A DNA stretch of 63,982 nucleotides, counting the filler, from Limisphaerales bacterium (GTDB lineage Bacteria; Verrucomicrobiota; Verrucomicrobiia; Limisphaerales; SIBE01), in assembly GCA_044225505.1 (NCBI GenBank). It is 3 parts of 3 records of this genome, joined end to end, with 100 filler letters (N's around TTAATTAATTAA, not from the genome) between each part and the next. Parts side by side here need not be neighbours in the genome. Positions count along the whole stretch, not along the records: positions 25,857 to 49,428 come from JBGAIN010000132.1; positions 49,529 to 63,982 come from JBGAIN010000194.1; 1 more part is not named here. One strand, 5' to 3'. The notes under the pieces are model-generated. The model did not search any database and was not told the origin of the DNA. It was given only the letters and a program-made list of their open reading frames with translations. How positions within the stretch are numbered: the stretch's first letter is position 1; each line of letters begins with the position of its first letter. The position numbers and the translations under genes were made by a program. Below, piece after piece: positions 42,129 through 51,566 of this stretch.

Positions 42129-42927
42129 GCGCGTCGCCTAGGATCGCTGGGGACTTCATCTCACTGCTCGCTGACCAACGAATCGCTCCGTTGCGCCTCG
42201 ATACAAGCAACGCTCCGGTCCAGACTCAAGCAACCACCGTCTTCGCCTTTCATTTCGCCGAAGGGGTCTTAATGGCGGGTGACCGTCGCGCAACGGCTGG
42301 GAACGTCATCGTCACTGACCGGGTCGATAAGGTGATCGACATTGACGCTTCTTCAATCCTGGCCATCGCGGGTGTTCCAGCCACAGCGTTTGAGATGGCT
42401 CGCGTTTTGCAGACATCCTTCGAGTATTACCGACGCAGTCAGTTGCAGCCTCTTTCCTTGCCGGCCAAAGTGCGGGCCCTAGCGAGACTGCTGCGAGAGA
42501 ACTTGCCCATGACGATGCAAGGTGTGGGCGTGGTGATGCCGTTATTCGCGGGAGTTGATTATTCCGCCAACCCCGCCCAGGCTCAGATCTACTTTTATGA
42601 CCCGCTCGGCGCGCAGTTTCAGGCGGTCGGTTACGCCGCTTCCGGATCAGGTTCCGGAACGATTCGGAGCATCTTGAGTTTCCAAGAGCATTATGGCACT
42701 GCATCTTGAGTTTCCAAGAGCATTATGGCACTCCGCGCCCGACCGACATGACGCTCCAACAAGCGGTGCAGTTTGCTCTGCGTGTCCTGATGGTGGCTTC
42801 GGAATTTGATGCTGCCACTGGCGGTATCAATCCGGGAACACAAACGTTTGCCACGATCAAAGTGCTGCGTCCCAGTGGAGTTGAAACGCTCAGTTCCGGA
42901 CAACAGTCGGAGTTTTTGACCGCATGA
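42125..42927 (+). CDS. prcB: 20S proteasome beta subunit, frameshifted by a 32-bp tandem duplication
   Basis: Mature T1, D17 and K33 in exact register, and SGSG. Removing one copy of the duplication gives 771 nt (256 aa). Confidence 0.9.
42669..42732 (+). repeat. Perfect 32-bp tandem duplication inside prcB
   Basis: GCATCTTGAGTTTCCAAGAGCATTATGGCACT x2. Confidence 0.97.
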
Positions 42928-43658
42928 TTGAGGAACCGTATCGTTGGCTCGAGGCGATTGGGAATCGCCGCGAGTATGTTTATGAACAACTTAAAGGAGG
43001 TTCTCCTGTCTTCGCCGTCAGCCTCCCGGACGGAATCGTTTTGCTCGGTGTTGGGACCGGGAATTCCAAGGTATTTGAGCTGTTTGACCGTCATGCGTTG
43101 GCGGGTCTAGGGCATCCCGCAGACATTGAAAAGATCCGTCAAGCCGCGATCGATGCTGCACATACGGAGGCGTTTACTCGCGCGCCCGAAGACGTAAGCA
43201 TGCGGCGCTTGGTTGCATTCGGCTTGAGCCCTCAGTTGAAGACGAATTTTGAGCAAATTTTCAGCGCTCCTTTTCTTGTGGAGCTCATCCTGACGGAACT
43301 GGGTGCCACTCCCGATCATGACGTTCTTATGCGCCTGCATTTCGATGGAGGTTTCCAGCTCGGCGCGAAAGGAATTGCCATTGCAACAGGGAAACCCGAG
43401 TCTGAAATCGCGACTCACACTTGGCTAGAGAATGCCCTCGCAGGCAGAACGAATAGAAAAGAGGTCATCGATATCTTGCTCCAGGCGTGGTGGGGTTTGA
43501 TCGAAAACAAGCCTTTGGCGGAGGCAAGCGAAGACGAACGGCGCTCCGGCTGGAGAACCGGACTCGCTGGAAAAATCGTGGAAATTGGATGGCTAGCTCG
43601 AAACAGCGCGCGAGCCGTCCGCTTTGAACCGCTTTCCCTTGGAGAATTGGGACTTTGA
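42924..43658 (+). CDS. prcA: 20S proteasome alpha subunit
   Basis: RREYVYEQLKGGSPV, SKVFELFDR, DVSMRRL, F....PFLVEL; overlaps the prcB stop. Confidence 0.88.
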   Translation: MIEEPYRWLEAIGNRREYVYEQLKGGSPVFAVSLPDGIVLLGVGTGNSKVFELFDRHALAGLGHPADIEKIRQAAIDAAHTEAFTRAPEDVSMRRLVAFGLSPQLKTNFEQIFSAPFLVELILTELGATPDHDVLMRLHFDGGFQLGAKGIAIATGKPESEIATHTWLENALAGRTNRKEVIDILLQAWWGLIENKPLAEASEDERRSGWRTGLAGKIVEIGWLARNSARAVRFEPLSLGELGL

Positions 43659-43805
43659 TCAAAGGTTCGGGGCATTTCTTCGTCCTCACTTTATCCGCGT
43701 CCAACCTTGACCGGAAAAACCGCGCTCTTTATTCGACGGAGATCTGTCGAGAGACTAGATTGCATCCCTGGAGAGGCAACGGTAACTTGTACAAGCACTG
43801 ACCCT

Positions 43806-45206
43806 ATGAATCGGATTGTTGGTCTGGAAACCGAGTATGGCTGTTTGACAAATGATCCGTCGGGACCTCCCAGCGCCGTAGGCCGCGTTCGCAACTGGAT
43901 ATTTGATCGTGCGCGGTATGGGCTCCCGGACATGCATCAGCGCGATTGGGATGAGCCCGCGGGAAATGGAGGGTTTCTCTTCAACGGTGGTCGTGCCTAT
44001 GTGGACATGGGGCATTTAGAGTATTGCACCCCGGAATGTCTATCTCTGATTGACGTTTTGCGCTACGACCGCGCGGGCGATGCCATCCTTGTGCAAGCCG
44101 TGCGCGATCTGCGGCTCGCCGATCAAGTCAGCTTCATTCGCAACAACATTGACCACTATTCAGGCGCAACCTTTGGCTGTCATGAGAATTACCTCGTGCG
44201 CCGATCCGCGCCATTGACCGAAGCCAATGTATTGTCGCTATTAGCGTTTTTGACGCTGCGTCAGCTCTACGTCGGAGCCGGCCGCGTCGGGGCTACGCCC
44301 GGGGCAGAGCTGCGCGGTGACTTGGTCCGACCGGGAGCAGACAACCACTTTCAGATCAGCCAACGTGCGGACTACATCAATAACGACCTCTTTGAATGGG
44401 TGCAGTTTAATCGCGCCATTATCAATACACGAGACGAACCGCTCGCGGACGCGCGAAAGTATCGGAGGCTTCATCTTCTGCACGGAGATACCAGTGTTTT
44501 GCCAACGACGCTCTTGTTGAAGGTGGGAACCACCTCTCTAGTTCTGGACCTCCTCGAGATGGACCGCATGCCCAAGATGGTTTTAGCCGATGCGGTTCTT
44601 AGCTTCCGGGGGATGTCTCACCAACCTGACGGGCCTTGGTTGGTGACGCTGGCCGATGGCCGAGTCGAAAATGCCGTTGAACTTCTTTTCCAGTTTTATG
44701 AAGCGGCGCGCTATGAATTCAACGGACGCGACGAAGAGACGAGCACGCTGTTGGACGTCTGGCAAGAAACCCTAACCGCCTTGGGCAAGCAGCCGGAAGC
44801 CTTGGTCGGCAAGGTCGATTGGATTACCAAACGTTGGCTTTTCCAACAATTCATTGATCGAGAGAAGATTCCTTGGATTGACCCATGGCTACGATCTCAG
44901 GACCTCGAGTTTCACCATATCGATCCGGCCCGCAATCTCGGACTGGCGTTGGCGCAGACACCGCTGGCTTGGGAGATTTCACCAGCCTCGCAGACGGACG
45001 CCGCTCGGCTAGCTCCAACGAATACCCGCGCTCAGATCCGATCTCACATCATGCACCAGCTGAAACATCATCCGATTCGTTATTTTGTCGATTGGGAAGT
45101 GATTGATGCCGAGGGAATCAACTCCTTGAACCTTCTCAACCCCTTCGATTCCTCGCCATCTTCCGTAGAGAGCTGGTGTCGGCAGCTGAACAGCATCAAG
45201 AGCTAG
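43806..45206 (+). CDS. pafA: PafA-like modifier-protein ligase
   Basis: RIVGLETEYG, FLFNGGRAYVDMGHLEYCTPEC, GCHENY, NTRDEP; no Dop loop. Confidence 0.9.
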   Translation: MNRIVGLETEYGCLTNDPSGPPSAVGRVRNWIFDRARYGLPDMHQRDWDEPAGNGGFLFNGGRAYVDMGHLEYCTPECLSLIDVLRYDRAGDAILVQAVRDLRLADQVSFIRNNIDHYSGATFGCHENYLVRRSAPLTEANVLSLLAFLTLRQLYVGAGRVGATPGAELRGDLVRPGADNHFQISQRADYINNDLFEWVQFNRAIINTRDEPLADARKYRRLHLLHGDTSVLPTTLLLKVGTTSLVLDLLEMDRMPKMVLADAVLSFRGMSHQPDGPWLVTLADGRVENAVELLFQFYEAARYEFNGRDEETSTLLDVWQETLTALGKQPEALVGKVDWITKRWLFQQFIDREKIPWIDPWLRSQDLEFHHIDPARNLGLALAQTPLAWEISPASQTDAARLAPTNTRAQIRSHIMHQLKHHPIRYFVDWEVIDAEGINSLNLLNPFDSSPSSVESWCRQLNSIKS

Positions 45207-45352
45207 CTGGGACAGCCTGGCATCGCGCGTTTGGATATGAGCGCAGCCTCGTGTTTATGGAATCGCCACGGCGAAGACCATAAACGCGATCAGAGATGGC
45301 ACCGCGGCTCTATTGCACCAGCTTCGCAGCGAGGTAGCGCCACCGCCTAAGC

Positions 45353-47344
45353 TCATTGGAAGGTCGGCGCTGTAACCGGTCGGAGTAGAAAACCCGCCCA
45401 ATTAAAGTTCCGATTGAAATAGTTCGTTAACTTCACGGCTATTTCGTTCCGACCTTTTCGCAATGGGATTGACACCCGTACTGCCTCGAAGCCGTTGAAC
45501 TTTTGCAACCCTTCATACACTCGGCTTCCGTTCACCCACAGCTCGATTGGATCATCGTGCGCAAGAATGAACGCCTCGGCTTTGTCGACCTCGGAGTCTA
45601 CGAAGCGTCGCGCGAGAAACGCATGTCCAGTCCCGCCTAACTCAGATTCCGGATCGATCCGGGTTCCATGGCGGGCCACGTAGGTCAAGTTCAACATTGG
45701 CCCCACAGTCCATTCCTTCATCCAGCCAGTAACGAACTTCTCTTTCACTAACGTGCAAACAAACTTCTGCCCGGCGTCCAGCTCACGAAGAGATGGCAAG
45801 ATGGCCAGCCCTTCACTGCCACGAGGTCCATTGGCTTCCGCTGGGATCGCCATCGGACCGAAGACATCCCATTCGACCGATTCCTGGCGTGCGCCGTCGT
45901 CGAGTGTCGTGTCGACCGGTGTGTCCTGATACCATACCGCAACGCTTTCTGGACTAAGACCGGCAAAGGCCCCCCATTCGAGTGCAAGCGACTTTTGAAA
46001 AGGATAGACATTCTCGAAGTGGTGGCGATACCGCCCCTCATCGTTCGCGTGGGCGACGGCATAAGGATGGTGTCCACCTTTCCCAAACCACGCAAACGTG
46101 AAATAGTCCTCGCCGTTGACGCCGTGAAGGAAGCTCGGGGATTCTCCTTCCCCGTCGAGAACGGCAAAATCCCCTCCCCCATGGTCGTGCCCGGTGCGAA
46201 AAAGCGTCATACCCAACCAATGTCCCCGACCGCGCAAATAAACCACCTGATGGAGTCGGTGTCCATCTGTCTGGTCAGTCCTCCGGTGGAGCGCGTGAAG
46301 ATAGCCCCAATCATTTCCGAACACTGGGACTTTTTCGAGGGTGATTTCGGCTGAAACAACGGCATCCTTTGTTCCCTCGTTGGCAATCCAAACTTCGCAG
46401 CGTTGCCGGAATGGCATAGGTAGGTAACAGCTGTGATCGCCTGGCCGATGCTGATAAAAAGATGCGCCTTGGAACGGGCCAAAGAACTCGGCAACAGGTG
46501 AGTTTATCGCAAACGAGCCAGCCTCGTCGTATCGAGTCAAGAGACGAAGCGTCGCGTTGGTGTTCCATTTGGCTCGCAATTCTCGGACAATTCCTGGCCC
46601 CATTGCGTTAACCAGTGCGACGCGCTCGCCCGGTCTGATGCGCCGCTCCGGCGAGGCTAAGACGGCGCGAGGCAAATCCGAGCTTGCAGCACTTCTTTGC
46701 TGCTGAGCCAATCCGACGTAAGAGAACACAAGGTTCGTACCGCGTTCTTCGCTAACCAGACGCGCGCCGTGGAATGTACGATCATGCAACCGATAATCCA
46801 TCTGACAAAACCAGAGCCAAAAGGTTGGCGTCTTCTGAACCACATCCACGCGCAGTCTCCGTTCAAATGGAACAGGCAAATAAAAGTTGAAAGCTCGATT
46901 ATGGACTGGGATCCAATTCAAAGGAGCCACAGGTAGTGGAAATTCGGCGGCCGCGTTCACCAATTGAACATCCGTTCCTCGAATGCTCGGTTCGGTTTCC
47001 CCATCGACGTAAAACTCCCAATCGAAAAACGGTTCCCCGCCAGCTCGAGTCGTCCAGATGTGCCTTAAGGAACCTTGCCCTTCGACATCGAGCAGAGTGT
47101 AGCGAAAACCTTTCCCGGTCCACAGGCCGCCATGTCGTTCGGGACTCTCGACAAAGCTGTTCTTGCCCGCTCGAAAATCCTGGATCACGAAGATGTCCGC
47201 CAAAGCCGTTTGTCGCACTTGTTCCAGGGACAACTCCGCGGATGCAAGCGGCGTGGGCCAGATTCTTAGAACCGCAGTCAGGAGGACTAACCCCAGCAAA
47301 AGTCGGCGCGATGACGGATTTCGGGTGGGTAATTCGTTTCTCAC
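45353..47344 (-). CDS. Secreted DUF2961 (GH172-like) protein
   Basis: GSLRHIWTT, CYLPMPF, GRGHWLG, GEDYF; signal peptide. Confidence 0.75.
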   Translation of the reverse strand: MRNELPTRNPSSRRLLLGLVLLTAVLRIWPTPLASAELSLEQVRQTALADIFVIQDFRAGKNSFVESPERHGGLWTGKGFRYTLLDVEGQGSLRHIWTTRAGGEPFFDWEFYVDGETEPSIRGTDVQLVNAAAEFPLPVAPLNWIPVHNRAFNFYLPVPFERRLRVDVVQKTPTFWLWFCQMDYRLHDRTFHGARLVSEERGTNLVFSYVGLAQQQRSAASSDLPRAVLASPERRIRPGERVALVNAMGPGIVRELRAKWNTNATLRLLTRYDEAGSFAINSPVAEFFGPFQGASFYQHRPGDHSCYLPMPFRQRCEVWIANEGTKDAVVSAEITLEKVPVFGNDWGYLHALHRRTDQTDGHRLHQVVYLRGRGHWLGMTLFRTGHDHGGGDFAVLDGEGESPSFLHGVNGEDYFTFAWFGKGGHHPYAVAHANDEGRYRHHFENVYPFQKSLALEWGAFAGLSPESVAVWYQDTPVDTTLDDGARQESVEWDVFGPMAIPAEANGPRGSEGLAILPSLRELDAGQKFVCTLVKEKFVTGWMKEWTVGPMLNLTYVARHGTRIDPESELGGTGHAFLARRFVDSEVDKAEAFILAHDDPIELWVNGSRVYEGLQKFNGFEAVRVSIPLRKGRNEIAVKLTNYFNRNFNWAGFLLRPVTAPTFQ

Positions 47345-47607
47345 GGTGATCTAGCGAAGCTAACGCCGATCAAAGAACGCTCACAAGTATTTTCCAGGGC
47401 CAAGGCATTGGCGATGCGCTTCGCCACGATGCACAAGAGGCACGTCGAAGCGTTCCTTTGCCTTGGCACCGCGCCAGGACCACGAGCGGTCAGGGCAGGA
47501 AAAGTTGCCGAGCGTCTTTGTCCTAACGGAGAGGCGGAGAGGGACGACGCAGGGCTCGTTAGGGTTCAACCCCAGCGTTGTTCCGTCTTCGCTCGAACGG
47601 CAAGCGA

Positions 47608-48942
47608 CTAGGACGCCATCCGCAGCCTCCCAAGAGACGGTTCGACTGTCGTGGGCTGTTCCTTACAGACGCGATTGACCGGTTCCGGAACTTTTTGAAC
47701 GGCGGGCTGAATAGCACGCGCCGGCTCAGGTGCGACCGGTTTCGTCCGGGAGCGAGGCGACAGAATATGGAGCAACGCGCGGGCGGCGAGTTCGGCAGGA
47801 CAAAACGGCTTTCGAATGAAGTCGTCGGCACCGCTCATGATGGAGAGAGCTCGGCTCTCGAGATTGGTTAGTCCCGTGACGAAGATCACAGGAAGATTCT
47901 TTGTGGCCGGCATCTCGCGCAGCTTTTTGCAGAGCTGGAAGCCATTACCACCGGGCATATCGACGTCTAGAAATACAAGATCCACTGGATTGGTCGCGAG
48001 CACCTCCAAAACGGTGCTGGGCTCGTTCTGTGACATACAACGCAGTCCAATACGTTCGATCGCATTTGAAATTAGTCGTCGGGAAACAGCGTCATCGTCC
48101 AAAATGAACACCAGTGAACTCTTCGGAGGATCGACTTTTCCGCGTGCGGCACTGCCAAGCAGAGTGTCTAAACAATCCAGTCCTTGCGCCAAGGCGCGTA
48201 CCGCGTCGGAACTATTAGCGCCGGCCCGACCGCGACCGTCTTTGGCAAGAGATTCCAAAACGCTGGCCATCTGCCCGATTGCGCCCAGTTGGGCTTCCCG
48301 CGCCTGTTTGGTGAGCTCCCCCAATTTGACAGCGAGTTCAGCCCAATGCGACAAACGAGCCTCATCCGAATCGCTCTTAGCGAGTCCTAGCAGTTTTCTT
48401 CGCGCTTCGCTCAGGATTTGTGATGCGTTCGCCAACAGCGGCTCCAAAACGTCCGACGCAATGGCGGTGGGAGCCTCGACCGGAGCGGGTGGCGCCGGAG
48501 CAACCGCCTCCGCAACGGTGGCTGCCAGAGACCCGCTCGCTTCCGTCGGGCTCGCCTCGACTGGAAGAGAGGTCTCTGCCACCAGATACCCTAAAACCGT
48601 TTGTACCACCTGCTTCGGGCGACTCTGCGCCTTTGCGACACAGTGGGTCGCCCCACTTCGCAGAGCGTCTCGCATCAGGCTCCCCATATAACCGTTTGTG
48701 AAGACAATGACAGGCAGCTGTCCCAACGCGGGATCTGATCGGATGTGTTTTAAGACCTGGATGCCATTTTTCTTCGGCAGCATGAGATCGAGCAGGATGA
48801 GGTCAGGACGGAACTTGGCGAGGCATTCCAACGCAATCTCGCCGTCCTGTGCCAACTCAACCTCCACTTTTTCGCTGCGCAACAGCCCCTGGTAGATGCG
48901 GGCGATCGTCACATCGTCTTCGACAATCAATACCTTCTTCAT
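47608..48942 (-). CDS. Response regulator with two receiver domains and a helical middle region
   Basis: VEDD..LDLMLP at the N-terminus; LDDD..LDVDMP..KPF at the C-terminus. Confidence 0.88.
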   Translation of the reverse strand: MKKVLIVEDDVTIARIYQGLLRSEKVEVELAQDGEIALECLAKFRPDLILLDLMLPKKNGIQVLKHIRSDPALGQLPVIVFTNGYMGSLMRDALRSGATHCVAKAQSRPKQVVQTVLGYLVAETSLPVEASPTEASGSLAATVAEAVAPAPPAPVEAPTAIASDVLEPLLANASQILSEARRKLLGLAKSDSDEARLSHWAELAVKLGELTKQAREAQLGAIGQMASVLESLAKDGRGRAGANSSDAVRALAQGLDCLDTLLGSAARGKVDPPKSSLVFILDDDAVSRRLISNAIERIGLRCMSQNEPSTVLEVLATNPVDLVFLDVDMPGGNGFQLCKKLREMPATKNLPVIFVTGLTNLESRALSIMSGADDFIRKPFCPAELAARALLHILSPRSRTKPVAPEPARAIQPAVQKVPEPVNRVCKEQPTTVEPSLGRLRMAS

Positions 48943-48952
48943 AAACCAAGGC

Positions 48953-49318
48953 TCACTGACCGGAATTCTCAGGGAATGTGGTGATGAGAAACTGTTCGAC
49001 TTGCTCGTAAATCTGACGCGTTTGCTGGTAGAGCGCCCGGGCCATTTCGGGTGGCAATTGCTGGCGTCGAGCGGAATGCTCCAACTCTCGCAATGGCGTC
49101 ACCAAAGGCTCCATGCCGCAGCTTGCGCTGCAGCCGGCCAAGCGGTGCGCCAAGTGCTCAATTTCCGGAAGCGCACCATCGCGCGCCGCCACTTCCAGGC
49201 GCTGCAGAATCTCGCGCGCCTGATCCATGTAAAGTTGAGCGATAGCCCGCGCCTCGTCCTCAACACCGCCCACCGCTTCCAACAACTGTTCCATATCGAC
49301 TGGAGGTTTCGTATCCAT
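48953..49318 (-). CDS. Stand-alone HPt phosphotransfer protein
   Basis: LAHRLAGCSASCG. Confidence 0.88.
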   Translation of the reverse strand: MDTKPPVDMEQLLEAVGGVEDEARAIAQLYMDQAREILQRLEVAARDGALPEIEHLAHRLAGCSASCGMEPLVTPLRELEHSARRQQLPPEMARALYQQTRQIYEQVEQFLITTFPENSGQ

Positions 49319-49428
49319 AGGTCATCAGGGCTTAAGTTCGTCTTCGGTCAAATTCGGCCTCGGGGCCATGGACATTACTTCCGTTAAGCCCATGGGTCCG
49401 CGAGTCGCTTCGTTCAGGATTAAGGGCT

Positions 49429-49528
49429 NNNNNNNNNNNNNNNNNNNNNNNNNNNNNNNNNNNNNNNNNNNNTTAATTAATTAANNNNNNNNNNNNNNNN
49501 NNNNNNNNNNNNNNNNNNNNNNNNNNNN
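49429..49528. other. Scaffold gap with six-frame stop linker
   Basis: Ns flanking TTAATTAATTAA. Confidence 0.98.
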
Positions 49529-50332
49529 GATAGCCCCGAGGGCGTAAATATCGCTGGCAGTCGTCGCGAACGCAGCTCCCCCAGAGGCAACTTCGGGAGC
49601 GAGATAAGCAACGGTGCCGAGAACGGAATGCGTGAGAGTAAGGGAGCTTTCGTGTTCGAGAATACGCGCGAGACCGAAATCCGTGACGAAAGGTTCGTCG
49701 AGAAAAGAGGCTGGACTCGATACCCCTCCGCCAAGGCTGGGGACAGCAGGCAATGACGGAGAGAGCAGAATGTTGCCGGGTTTCAGGTCGCGGTGGAGAA
49801 TCCCGCGTCGGTGGGCGTGTTCGACGGCGGCTGCGATGGTCCTGAGGAGGCGAGCGGCGTCGCGTGGATTGGGTCGCCCGCGCGCGATCAGGCCTTGGAG
49901 GGTGCCGCCCTCGAGGTAGCGCATCGCGAGGAAATGTGCGCCTTCGTGCTCACCAAACTCATAGACGGGCACGATGTTCGGGTGCTCGAGGGCGGCGGCA
50001 GCGGCGGCTTCAGTGTGGAAACGGTGAACGAAGTCCCGTCCGGCCGCCGGGCCGTTGCAGAGCAGTTTGAGCGCGACAATCCGATTGACTCCGAGTTGGC
50101 GTGCTTTGAACACAATTCCGCTGCCGCCACGACCCAACTCGTCGAGGATTTCGTAATCGCCAAAAAATCGCTGGTGCCCGAAGTGTTCTGGACGGTTCGG
50201 AGAGGTTGAGGGCGCATCGGTAACGAGCAGCGCAAGGCAACGAGAGCAGAGACCTTCCAGGGATGAGCTAGGAAATGTCGCGTGACACCTCGGACACGTG
50301 CTTTTTTCGGTTTTGATTCCAGGAACGGTCAT
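49529..50332 (-). CDS. Ser/Thr protein kinase with N-terminal Cys4 motif, cut by gap
   Basis: CPRC...CSRC, GRGGSG, VALK, HRDLKPGN, DFG, APE, SDIY. Confidence 0.9.
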
Positions 50333-50644
50333 GCCCACATTGTGCGTTGCACCTGCTACTTCGAGAATTCGGAAAATTAGTAACAAAGAATCTTGAGCAA
50401 GGGAGCGGCGCAACCACTGAAGGGTACGGTTCGGTGTATCGAGGAGGCCGTGTGAAGCGGAGTGGTATTTAGTGCTCTCAGGCGAAGATCAGCTACGTCT
50501 TTGATGGTCTTTAGGGCGGGGGCTCCGGTTGGAGAGCGCTCACCGATAGTCGCCTTCCAATCTCCAAATACACTCCTCCGCCCGTTCTACCAGCACCAAA
50601 ACTGTCCTGGCGCTAACGCCATCCAACTTGGCTCGCAAGGTCCG

Positions 50645-51379
50645 TCAGCCGGCGAGAATTTGGCGGAATGACTGGAGCTCAACCTCTAACTCGGCCTGTG
50701 TCCCAACCGTTTCCGCAAGCTCCTGCCGCGCTATGGCGCGAAAGCGCTGGCGCATGCGAGTCACCATCATTTTCGCAGCGCTTTCGGCGATACTCAGTTC
50801 CCGGGCAGCGTCCGCAAAGGAATTGGTTTCTTCGCCAGTCAGAAAGCCTTTGAGCCGATCATAGAGACGGCCGCGACCCGAAAGCTGATACTCTTCACGC
50901 AGGCGCGTGAGGCTGCGCTCAAGCACGGACAGGGCCCAATCCTTGTCAAATTGCTGATCGGGCGGCAATTGGGAAGAAGGACTTGAATCGGCCATGACGG
51001 TATCGAATTGGAGGAACTGCAAGCGTCCGCCGCGTTTCTGCGCGTTGGCGCGCTTCTGCTCGTCCGCCAAAAAATATTTTGCTGCGCCTAATAGAAACGA
51101 GCGAAAGTGTCCCCGGTCTGGCGTGGCCCGTGCGTATGAGCGCGATTCAAGGAAATCGATAAAGAATGCCTGAGTGAAGTCTCGGGCTTGCTCCTGATTC
51201 CCGACACTCCGCGCAAAGTAGTGAAAGACCGGTTGCCAATAGTCAGCGCAGAGCTTTTCGAGAGCCTGCCTGGCCGTGGAGCTATCCAGAGCATTGGCAG
51301 CTCGCACAATGCTCCAGCGAGTTGTGACAAACAAAGATCCGCGCTGTTCACAAGTTGCCTGGTCCCGGGCTGCTGGCAT
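50645..51379 (-). CDS. ECF sigma factor (kinase-associated type)
   Basis: FVTTRWS, YWQPV, FRSFLL, AQKRGG, VTRMRQRF. Confidence 0.88.
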   Translation of the reverse strand: MPAARDQATCEQRGSLFVTTRWSIVRAANALDSSTARQALEKLCADYWQPVFHYFARSVGNQEQARDFTQAFFIDFLESRSYARATPDRGHFRSFLLGAAKYFLADEQKRANAQKRGGRLQFLQFDTVMADSSPSSQLPPDQQFDKDWALSVLERSLTRLREEYQLSGRGRLYDRLKGFLTGEETNSFADAARELSIAESAAKMMVTRMRQRFRAIARQELAETVGTQAELEVELQSFRQILAG

Positions 51380-51566
51380 TTCTTGAAACTAGCATAAGGG
51401 GCTTGGAGAAGCGAGGCGGCCTGACCGGCGCGCCCGTCCGCAATTTGCGGACGCCGTGTGCGACAAATCTGGGGCTACCCAGCCTTCTGAGGACGGCCCA
51501 GCTCCAATTCCTCGGCCGTCGGTGACAAAAAGTCACCAGCGACGCGTATCTTCGATCTTGGAATGA

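Noticed and set aside
47816..48691. Long antisense ORFs (also 14475..15305, 20457..21281, 37510..38184)
   Set aside because: Typical shadow ORFs opposite well-supported genes in GC-rich DNA.
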